In this document: positions 46,706-54,173 of the stretch, in pieces
Numbering within the stretch: position 1 is the first letter of the stretch
Layout of the letters: every line of letters starts with the position of its first letter
From: Candidatus Zixiibacteriota bacterium
GTDB lineage: Bacteria; Zixibacteria; MSB-5A5; GN15; FEB-12
Assembly (NCBI GenBank): GCA_020346225.1
Contig: CP070777.1
Span: 2,554,772-2,618,771, forward strand
DNA length: 64,000 nucleotides
Direction of reading: 5' to 3'
Position numbers and translations under genes: made by a program
The notes under the pieces: model-generated
Told to the model about the DNA's origin: nothing
Seen by the model: only the letters and a program-made list of their open reading frames with translations
Database searches by the model: none

Positions 46706-47383
46706 ATGGACTGTGAACATCTTATCCAAGAGATGAACGTGTATTACGATCGTCGGGCCCCGTTGCACGACGATTACCTGGGCTACGCCAGCGGCCCCAA
46801 GAACGAACAGCTGGTCGCTCCGCTTATCAGAATTTTTGAAGACCGCGTGTCACACAAAAAGGTCCTGGAGGTTGCCTGCGGTACAGGCATCTGGACGCGG
46901 ATTCTGGCCTCGCGGGCGAGGTCGGTTCTGGCCACCGATATCAACCCGTCGGTGCTGGACATAGCCCGCGTGAAATGCTGCGAAGCTGACACGGTCACCT
47001 TTCGCACGGCCGACGCCTACCGGCTCAAAGGTATACGCGGTCCATACGAGACAGCTTTCGCCGCCGACTGGTGGTCGCACATCCCCAAGTCGCGGCTGCC
47101 GGTGTTCCTGAATGCCCTTCACCGCAAGCTCAAGCCCGGCTCCAGTGTCGTCTTCGTGGACATGCTGCCGAACAGGGACCTCCACCGCATGTTTTCACAC
47201 TACGACGAAGAAGGTAATCTGATCCAGCGGCGCCTTCTGCCGGACGGCCAGCAATTTCACGTGGTAAAGAACTTTCCCACCCGGCAGGAGCTTTTCGAGA
47301 GTCTGGCCGGTCAGGCTCAGGACATCGAGTATCACGAGCATCATGCCCTGAACAGATGGGTACTGATTTACCGCACTGTATAG
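46706..47383 (+). CDS. class I SAM-dependent methyltransferase
   Basis: Motif I VLEVACGTGIWT followed by acidic post-I (LATDIN). The internal ATG at 46706 is preferred; the upstream ORF-track extension is low-quality. Confidence 0.75.
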   Translation: MDCEHLIQEMNVYYDRRAPLHDDYLGYASGPKNEQLVAPLIRIFEDRVSHKKVLEVACGTGIWTRILASRARSVLATDINPSVLDIARVKCCEADTVTFRTADAYRLKGIRGPYETAFAADWWSHIPKSRLPVFLNALHRKLKPGSSVVFVDMLPNRDLHRMFSHYDEEGNLIQRRLLPDGQQFHVVKNFPTRQELFESLAGQAQDIEYHEHHALNRWVLIYRTV

Positions 47384-47446
47384 AAACAACAGCGACCCGA
47401 ACATCCGTGCGACCGATGCAGCCACGAGCAATCGCTACATCGAGAA

Positions 47447-47486
47447 AAGCTCCGGCCTGCAACAGGCGAGCCGGAGCTTCGTTTTC
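47447..47486. terminator. bidirectional intrinsic terminator between convergent genes
   Basis: 10-bp stem AAGCTCCGGC/GCCGGAGCTT with a 13-nt loop. It is followed by CGTTTT on the plus strand and TTTTCTC on the minus strand. Confidence 0.7.
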
Positions 47487-47504
47487 CGAGTAATACCGGC
47501 GGGC

Positions 47505-49694
47505 TTATAAAGGGTGGCATGGCACGGGCGGCGAAGTACCCGCCTCGAACACGAATTCGACCAGATAAATCAGGTCAAGGGCATCCACCTGAAGGTCGCC
47601 GTTAACATCCCCCTCCTCCAGACATGCCGGGGCACTCCCGGTCGTCCACAGCCATTCGGCGAAGTATATAATATCAAGAGCGTCGACCTGACCGCTGTGA
47701 TCGACATCGCCGCTTACGACACAACACTCGAGAACCTCCACTCGGGTATACGTGTAGGGCGATAGTCGCCCCTGCTGGCCCTCGGCGTCGAAGGCGGCGA
47801 CCCGATACCAGTATTCACCGTCGGATTTCGAAGTAAAGGTATAAAAGGTGTCGGGGATGCTCGAAGAAATCTCCGTCTCGCTCTGAAACAGATCGACGTT
47901 TTCAATGTCGTCGATGTACACACCCTCACCGACGGTGTAGTAATCGGTAAAATAAGACAACCTGAAAACGACCTGCTGGCCCTCGTAGGCCGACAGGTCG
48001 AACTCGGCTTTAATCCAGGCGTTGGAAGACCCGGTGATACCGTTACCCAGATTCAGGTTGTTCGGGTCATCGTTGGTGGTGAGATAACCGGCAAGGTTTT
48101 CAAAGGTGTACCCGCCGTCGGTGGATATCTGAGCGTAGAAGTAATCGTAGTGTTCTTCGATATCGTACCATATCCAGAACGTCAGCCAGTCGCTTTCCTT
48201 CACCTCGTACGGGGTCCGTGACACAAGCCAGTGCGGGTCGCGATTGTAGTTCAGGGTGTGCCAGCTGCCGGTGCCGGAGTGGCTGCGGCTTGTCGAAAGC
48301 ACCATGTTGGTCACATCCCAGTACCCGTAGTCCGCTTCCGCATCGTCAAGAACCTGCTGCTTGCCTTGATATTCCATCAGACGGTAAGCCGTTCCTGGGT
48401 TTATGTCATCCTCAAGGTTCCATTCAACCGTGAACTCCGGGTCGGCCGCTTCGGGACTGGTGATTGAAGGTGTGGCCGGCGGGGCGATAATGAACGGGTT
48501 GTCGGCTATCTTGGCCAGGTAGAGATTGGGGAAAACGTTTTCCTCACAGAGGTCGGAAATGCGAGAGGGAATCGGCCAGAAACCGTCGGAACTGCTGCCT
48601 ATCTCATCGGTCAACGAAACCGACCGGGTCTTGGATAGGGTGTCACCCCAGGCCCAGTCATTAGCGCCGCCGTTGCTGGGATACAGGACCCAGCCGATTT
48701 CCGGCGTATAGCCGTTGTACTGGGTCAGCGAATCGCCCAGGTTCACGTAGAAATCGGCCTGGTCGGTGTAAAAGCGACGATAGCTGAAGGGCCATATTTC
48801 GAGATTGGAGTAGCAGTGCAGGTTGTGGATTACAGTAAAGTTGCGGGAGCAGATAAAGGACTGCAGGTTGTCCGTTTCGGGTTCAGAGAACGGCGACGTT
48901 CCGCGATAAGTTTCGGAATAGGTGGCAGGGCTGGAGCCGACATCATCGAAGCCCCACATGAAACTGAAGTTGCGGTTCAGGTCGATGCCGTAAGTACCGT
49001 CACCGTTATACCGCCGGTTCTTCCGCCACATACCGCCGCCGTCGGGATTGGTAATTTCATTGTAGATGTATCCATCCGGATTGACCACCGGCAGAAAGAA
49101 CAGTTCCCGGTTGTTTACGATGTCGGTCACCTCCGGATCGGTACCGTAGTTGGTGAGCAGATATTCCATGAAGTGAAGCAGAGCCGCGGCCGAGGCCGGT
49201 TCGCGGGCGTGAATGAGAGAATTATAAAAGACTTCGGGTTCATCCTCATCTACATCGGGGTTATCCGATATTTTGACCACCCACTGCTCGTATCCTTCCA
49301 GTGACAGCCCGATCGAGAATTTGTCAGTGGTTATTGATGGAAAGGCGGCCGTAATGCTGTCGAGGTAGAAGACTATCTGGCTGTATGTCCTGAAACCTCC
49401 GAACGGCAGCATGGCCGTGTTTCGAAGGACATAGAACTCCTCGATATCGGGGTGGATGACCTCGTAATCGATGCCGGCGGCGCGAAGGCGGGCGAGGTCG
49501 CCCGGTTTGGCGAAGATTTCAATCGGCTGTCCCGGGAGGTCCCTGAGGTCCAGCCCCATTTCGTACAGTCCTAAATACTGCTGCTTGGTCATGGGCTTGA
49601 GCTGGATTTGAGAAATGACGGTTCGCTCGGACTCCGCAAATGTAGAGGCGGCGAGCAAAGTGATGAGCAAGGTTATCAGTAAGCTGCGGCGCAT
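47505..49694 (-). CDS. secreted M14-family zinc carboxypeptidase with C-terminal dockerin-like module
   Basis: ATG at 49694 with GGAGG upstream, plus a signal peptide. M14 motifs IHAREPAS, NPDGY and DLNRNF. The C-terminus carries two EF-hand-like repeats, GDVDHSGQVDALDIIYFAEWLW and GDVNGDLQVDALDLIYLVEFVF. Confidence 0.8.
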   Translation of the reverse strand: MRRSLLITLLITLLAASTFAESERTVISQIQLKPMTKQQYLGLYEMGLDLRDLPGQPIEIFAKPGDLARLRAAGIDYEVIHPDIEEFYVLRNTAMLPFGGFRTYSQIVFYLDSITAAFPSITTDKFSIGLSLEGYEQWVVKISDNPDVDEDEPEVFYNSLIHAREPASAAALLHFMEYLLTNYGTDPEVTDIVNNRELFFLPVVNPDGYIYNEITNPDGGGMWRKNRRYNGDGTYGIDLNRNFSFMWGFDDVGSSPATYSETYRGTSPFSEPETDNLQSFICSRNFTVIHNLHCYSNLEIWPFSYRRFYTDQADFYVNLGDSLTQYNGYTPEIGWVLYPSNGGANDWAWGDTLSKTRSVSLTDEIGSSSDGFWPIPSRISDLCEENVFPNLYLAKIADNPFIIAPPATPSITSPEAADPEFTVEWNLEDDINPGTAYRLMEYQGKQQVLDDAEADYGYWDVTNMVLSTSRSHSGTGSWHTLNYNRDPHWLVSRTPYEVKESDWLTFWIWYDIEEHYDYFYAQISTDGGYTFENLAGYLTTNDDPNNLNLGNGITGSSNAWIKAEFDLSAYEGQQVVFRLSYFTDYYTVGEGVYIDDIENVDLFQSETEISSSIPDTFYTFTSKSDGEYWYRVAAFDAEGQQGRLSPYTYTRVEVLECCVVSGDVDHSGQVDALDIIYFAEWLWTTGSAPACLEEGDVNGDLQVDALDLIYLVEFVFEAGTSPPVPCHPL

Positions 49695-49870
49695 GTGTCC
49701 TCCAAGAGCCTGAAGTAAGGTTCTGCTCAACAAGTACATATAGGCAGGTAATTCTGCCACCAAGATAAGTCATTTGGGCATTTTGTAAACATCTTTGTTT
49801 GGGTGATTTGACCGGAATCCCGAGGATATTCCGGTGGTGGCCGGATACCATGCGCATGGGAAAAAACAAG

Positions 49871-49899
49871 TTGTATTTTGAATCATGATATTTTATAAT
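49871..49899 (+). promoter_or_regulatory. sigma-70-type promoter candidate TTGTAT-N17-TATAAT upstream of purD
   Basis: The -35 is at 49871-49876 and the consensus -10 at 49894-49899, 47 nt before the purD ATG. Confidence 0.5.
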
Positions 49900-49945
49900 T
49901 TCCCCTTCAATCGGACGTTGGCACAAGGCTAAATTAGGGTGGGCC

Positions 49946-51226
49946 ATGAAAGTTCTCGTAATCGGTTCCGGCGGCAGGGAACACGCTATTGTCTGGAAGT
50001 TGGGTTTTTCCAGAAAAGTAGACAGAATTTACTGTGCGCCCGGTAACGGCGGCATCGGTGGTCAGGCCAGATGTGTCGACATCAAAGCCGATAACATCAA
50101 GGCACTGGCGGACTTTGCGGCCAAGCGCAAAATCCATCTGACCGTCGTCGGACCGGAGGCGCCGCTGGCAATGGGCATTGTCGATGAGTTCCAGCGGAGG
50201 AAATTGAAGATCTTCGGCCCCGATAAGGCGGCCACACAGCTTGAAAGCAGCAAGGTCTTCGCCAAAGAATTCATGAGGCGCCACCACATCCCGACCGCTC
50301 CTTTCAAAGTATTTACCACTTCCGCGGAGGCTATCGGTTTCTGTAAGTCCGTTCAGTACCCGACGGTCATCAAAGCCGACGGCCTGGCGGCGGGAAAAGG
50401 AGCCGTAATAGCCAAGGACGAAAAGCAAGCTGTCAGGGTGATAGAAGATATGATGGAGCGCCGGCTATTCGGAGAAGCCGGCGCCAGCATCGTGGTGGAA
50501 TCGTTTCTTCGGGGCCAGGAGGTTTCGATCATGGCCGTTGCCGACGGTACCACGATTCTGCCTCTGCTGCCGAGCCAGGATCACAAGCAGGCTTACGACG
50601 GCGACAGGGGCCCCAACACCGGCGGCATGGGAGCCTACTGCCCGGTCGGTTTCGTGGATGCCGATATGATGGAACGTATTAACGAACACATTCTGCAGCC
50701 CACAATCAACGGCCTGGCCAGTGAAGGCGTCAATTACAGAGGGGTCCTTTACGCCGGCCTGATGCTGACGGACACGGGACCCAAGGTACTCGAATTCAAC
50801 TGCCGTTTCGGCGATCCGGAGATTCAGGCGGTCATGCCGCTTTTGCAGAACGATTTGTTTGAACTGATGATGGCGGCCGTCAATCACAAGCTCTCGTCGT
50901 TCGGGAAGCTCAACTGGCGTCGCGAAGCCGCGGCATGCGTGGTCATGGCGTCCAAAGGCTATCCCGGCAAGTACTCGACCGGCGCCAAGATTACCGGACT
51001 CGAGGATGTCAGGGATAACAACTGCTTTGTTTTTCACGCCGGAACCAGCCGTCAGGGGGCACGGATAGTCACATCCGGCGGCAGGGTGCTCGGCGTCATG
51101 GGTATGGACAAGAACCTTAAACTGGCTCTCAACCGGGCCTACCGCCAGGTATCTCGCATTCGGTTCGAGGGGGCTATGTACCGGCGGGATATCGGGTCGA
51201 GACCGGGGCAACCAGTCAAGATATAA
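49946..51226 (+). CDS. purD: phosphoribosylamine--glycine ligase
   Basis: MKVLVIGSGGREHAI..., an ATP-grasp core, and GPNTGGMGAY. Confidence 0.95.
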   Translation: MKVLVIGSGGREHAIVWKLGFSRKVDRIYCAPGNGGIGGQARCVDIKADNIKALADFAAKRKIHLTVVGPEAPLAMGIVDEFQRRKLKIFGPDKAATQLESSKVFAKEFMRRHHIPTAPFKVFTTSAEAIGFCKSVQYPTVIKADGLAAGKGAVIAKDEKQAVRVIEDMMERRLFGEAGASIVVESFLRGQEVSIMAVADGTTILPLLPSQDHKQAYDGDRGPNTGGMGAYCPVGFVDADMMERINEHILQPTINGLASEGVNYRGVLYAGLMLTDTGPKVLEFNCRFGDPEIQAVMPLLQNDLFELMMAAVNHKLSSFGKLNWRREAAACVVMASKGYPGKYSTGAKITGLEDVRDNNCFVFHAGTSRQGARIVTSGGRVLGVMGMDKNLKLALNRAYRQVSRIRFEGAMYRRDIGSRPGQPVKI

Positions 51227-51235
51227 GAGTGTTCT

Positions 51236-51682
51236 ATGCCAAAAGTACTGATAATCATCGGTTCCAAATCCGACATGGAGTATGGCGAAAAATGCCTCGA
51301 GCAACTAAGAGAGTTGGCCATCGAGGCGGCGATTGAGATTTCCTCGGCTCACCGGCACCCGGAAAAAACGCGCGACCTTGCCGCCGGGGCCGAGGCGAAG
51401 GGTTATGAAGTTATCGTGACCATGGCCGGACTGTCGGCCGCTCTGCCAGGGGTGGTCGCCGCTCACACCAACCTGCCGGTCATCGGGGTACCGCTTCCAG
51501 CGGCTCTCGGCGGCCTTGACTCCCTGCTGTCAGTGGCCCAGATGCCGCCCGGCATACCGGTAGCGGCCGTCGGAATCGGTATGCCCGGCGCCAAAAATGC
51601 CGCGATTCTGGCCGCTCGAATCCTTGCCCTCAAAGATGGCACCGTAAAAAAGGCTCTCGCCGGGCACCGCAAGTCCTTGTAA
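51236..51682 (+). CDS. purE: 5-(carboxyamino)imidazole ribonucleotide mutase
   Basis: IIGSKSD...SAHRHPEK...MAGLSAALPGVVAAHT...VIGVP motifs, 148 aa. Confidence 0.92.
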   Translation: MPKVLIIIGSKSDMEYGEKCLEQLRELAIEAAIEISSAHRHPEKTRDLAAGAEAKGYEVIVTMAGLSAALPGVVAAHTNLPVIGVPLPAALGGLDSLLSVAQMPPGIPVAAVGIGMPGAKNAAILAARILALKDGTVKKALAGHRKSL

Positions 51683-51744
51683 CTGTTATGGATCATTTAG
51701 GAAAGAAATTTGTAAAAGATAAAAAGAATTTCCGAGGAGATCTT

Positions 51745-52650
51745 ATGATTGAGAAAAGAAAATTCCTGGCCTCACCGCGTTTGATCCTTGCCGTCCTGAT
51801 GTGTCTCTCAATCGCGGCCTCAGCCGCTTTAGCAGATACGGAAAAGGCGGCCGAACACTTCAACGCCGCCCTCAGGGCCGAACAGGGAGGTGACATACCG
51901 GGAGCGATCGCTTCGTATGAAGCGTGCATCGGCGAGGACGACGGCTACGTTGACGCCTATATCAACCTTGGAGCCATCCATTTCCGCGAAAAAGACTACG
52001 AAAAAGCTCTGTCACTATACAAAACGGCCACTGAGAAAGACAGCCAGAATGCCGACGCCTTCGCCAACCTGGGGCGGGTCCAGTACCGTCTCAAGAGATA
52101 CGCCGAGGCCGAAGCCTCTTTCAAGAAGGCCGCGGACATAAAAACCGATGACCCGGAAATCAGCGCGGAGCTTGGTAAAGTGTACTACCGCAAGAAGGAC
52201 TATGGCGAGGCCGTTACGGCTTTCAGCAAGTGCCACCAGCTCGGCGGCGGCGACCATCTTACTTACTACATGCTCGGTCGATCCTTTGACAAACAGGGCA
52301 ACCGGAGCGAGGCAATCACCTCTCTGAAAAAATCCGTTGAACTCAAGAGTGACTACTATCACTCGCACTCGTCTCTGGGCCAGATATACCTCGACCAGGG
52401 GAAGTACCAGTCGGCCGCCAACGCCTTCAGGTCAGCCATGAAAGCCGATTCAAAACAGTACCGGGCCGCCTACAACTACGCCGTCGCGGTCGAGAACAAC
52501 AATCCCGAGGACTACGACACCAACATCGCCAACTGGGAGAACTTCATCCGCATTGCCAGGAAGAACCCCAAGGCGCAGCGCGACGTCGCCGTGGCCCAGG
52601 ACCACGTAAAGGATCTCAAAGAAGCTAAGGAGAAAAGCGCGCTGCAGTAG
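51745..52650 (+). CDS. secreted TPR-repeat protein
   Basis: ATG at 51745 with GAGGAG upstream, plus a signal peptide. About seven 34-aa TPR units (A..Y......G.Y..A...F..A pattern). Confidence 0.8.
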   Translation: MIEKRKFLASPRLILAVLMCLSIAASAALADTEKAAEHFNAALRAEQGGDIPGAIASYEACIGEDDGYVDAYINLGAIHFREKDYEKALSLYKTATEKDSQNADAFANLGRVQYRLKRYAEAEASFKKAADIKTDDPEISAELGKVYYRKKDYGEAVTAFSKCHQLGGGDHLTYYMLGRSFDKQGNRSEAITSLKKSVELKSDYYHSHSSLGQIYLDQGKYQSAANAFRSAMKADSKQYRAAYNYAVAVENNNPEDYDTNIANWENFIRIARKNPKAQRDVAVAQDHVKDLKEAKEKSALQ

Positions 52651-52679
52651 CCGCCCCGCCAGGTTTTGCCGAATTTCAA

Positions 52680-52714
52680 AAGCCTTGAGCGACATCCGCT
52701 CAAGGCTTCTTTCT
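52680..52714 (+). terminator. intrinsic terminator after the TPR gene
   Basis: 12-bp stem AAGCCTTGAGCG/CGCTCAAGGCTT with a 5-nt loop, followed by CTTTCT. Confidence 0.65.
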
Positions 52715-52726
52715 GCTAAGCGCAGT

Positions 52727-52773
52727 CAATAAAAGGGGACGTGCCGCCAGGGGGAGGGAGGACCCGGCGGCAC
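52727..52773 (-). terminator. possible terminator after the triple-repeat gene
   Basis: 8-bp GC stem GTGCCGCC/GGCGGCAC with a 17-nt loop, followed on the minus strand by GTCCCCTTTTATT. Confidence 0.4.
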
Positions 52774-52818
52774 GGGAAGAAAATAGTATGGCGACTCAAG
52801 AGTAACTGATCATCTATC

Positions 52819-54063
52819 TCATTTTCTCGAAAACTCCACCTTGGCGAAATCCTCCCACTCAACTTCAATATCCTCTTCCGTATCGGTCGTGATGAAAATG
52901 CCCTTGTTGTCCTCATCGACGTCATTGGAACCGCGAAGACGGAACGTGCGGCCATCGAGAACGGTAACCTGGGAAGAGCGATAGGATTTCTTCTCGATTG
53001 ACTTTATGAGCCCGAATTCTATATCAAACTGGATGTCACGATAATTACCGTCCAGAATCTCCCAGGTATGGTCCTCGTCGTTATCCCAGCGAATGAGACC
53101 GGTGTAGGTTTCGCCATCCTCGGTCTCCACCGTTCCGTACAGCGGCCGCCCGCCGTCGAAGTCGTCGTACACAGCCGGCCGGGGAATGTCTTTGAACTCG
53201 AGCTGATCGAACTCGTCCCAGTTGACCCTGACCTGACCAAAACCGACATCGGACACAATTATGCCTCGATTACCGTCATCAACGTCATTTGATTCCCGCA
53301 GCAAAAGTTCGTCACCGTTCTTCATATACACGGTGGCGCCGTTGGAGCTATATCGCTCGATTCGGGCTATCTTGTCGAAGTGTATTTTGCGCTTGCGCCC
53401 CTTGTGGCTGCCATCGAGAATATCGTCCCCGAACAGCTCATCGATGTCCCAGCAAATGAAACCGGTGAACTCGTCGCCGCGACGAGTCGTAAGCGTTCCA
53501 TAGAGGCGTTCTCCGTAGGTCGAGGTGACGGCCCTCGCGGGCGTCATGAACTCGACCAGTTCGATATCATCCCACACCAGTTCGATTTCGCCCTCATCGG
53601 CATCCTCGATGATGATTTCCCGGATATCCTCCCCGATGTCAGTTGACCCTCCCTCAAGCTCAACCTCCTGGCCCGATTTCAAAACCAGCCTCACGGCATC
53701 ATCGTCGATGACCTCCAGGGTCTTTATATGTCCGAATCTGATACCTGACTGCGCCGAACCGGGAAAGTTCCAGCTTGAATACGATTTGCCGATAGTGATG
53801 CCGAAAATCTCAAAGGAGCCTTCGCGGTCACGATATTTCTTCCGGTCGGATTTGCGGTAATTCGACTTGGGCAGATCCTTGTTCCCGTCAAGGACGTCCA
53901 CCCAGCTCCCCTCATTCTTGTCCCATCTGATCGGCCCCTCGAAGACGTCATCATCGACCGTGGTGATCCTTCCATAGATCCGGCCGTTGTCCTGCGCCAG
54001 GGCTACGGCGGTGAAGGCTGCCGCTACCACCATCGATGCTACAACAATCCGCACAGCACTCAT
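52819..54063 (-). CDS. secreted protein built from three ~125-aa tandem repeats, function unknown
   Basis: ATG at 54063 with GGAGG upstream, plus a signal peptide. Three repeat units start GRIYGRITTVDDDVFEGPIRWD, ERLYGTLTTRRGDEFTGFICWD and RPLYGTVETEDGETYTGLIRWD. Each ends with SNDVD-x-DN-[RK]-GI...W-[DE]-[DE]-F...[LV]EF. Confidence 0.7.
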   Translation of the reverse strand: MSAVRIVVASMVVAAAFTAVALAQDNGRIYGRITTVDDDVFEGPIRWDKNEGSWVDVLDGNKDLPKSNYRKSDRKKYRDREGSFEIFGITIGKSYSSWNFPGSAQSGIRFGHIKTLEVIDDDAVRLVLKSGQEVELEGGSTDIGEDIREIIIEDADEGEIELVWDDIELVEFMTPARAVTSTYGERLYGTLTTRRGDEFTGFICWDIDELFGDDILDGSHKGRKRKIHFDKIARIERYSSNGATVYMKNGDELLLRESNDVDDGNRGIIVSDVGFGQVRVNWDEFDQLEFKDIPRPAVYDDFDGGRPLYGTVETEDGETYTGLIRWDNDEDHTWEILDGNYRDIQFDIEFGLIKSIEKKSYRSSQVTVLDGRTFRLRGSNDVDEDNKGIFITTDTEEDIEVEWEDFAKVEFSRK

Positions 54064-54173
54064 AATGCCTCCAGTCAAACTTGCTTACTTTTAATCGTCT
54101 TTTACGTAATTAGCAGGGAAAAGTTACTGGAAGAGCGCTTTTTATGCGCCCGGCGGAGTTGTTGCGCCGGCAA

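Noticed and set aside
49915-49935. TTGGCAC-AAGGC-TAAAT upstream of purD, considered as a second sigma-54 promoter. Similar TGGCAC hits occur at 25281-25299 and 46623-46640.
   Set aside because: The -12 element (TTGC) is absent in all of them. The purD region has a much better sigma-70 candidate (TTGTAT-N17-TATAAT). The 25.28-kb hit lies inside the riboswitch platform on the wrong strand.
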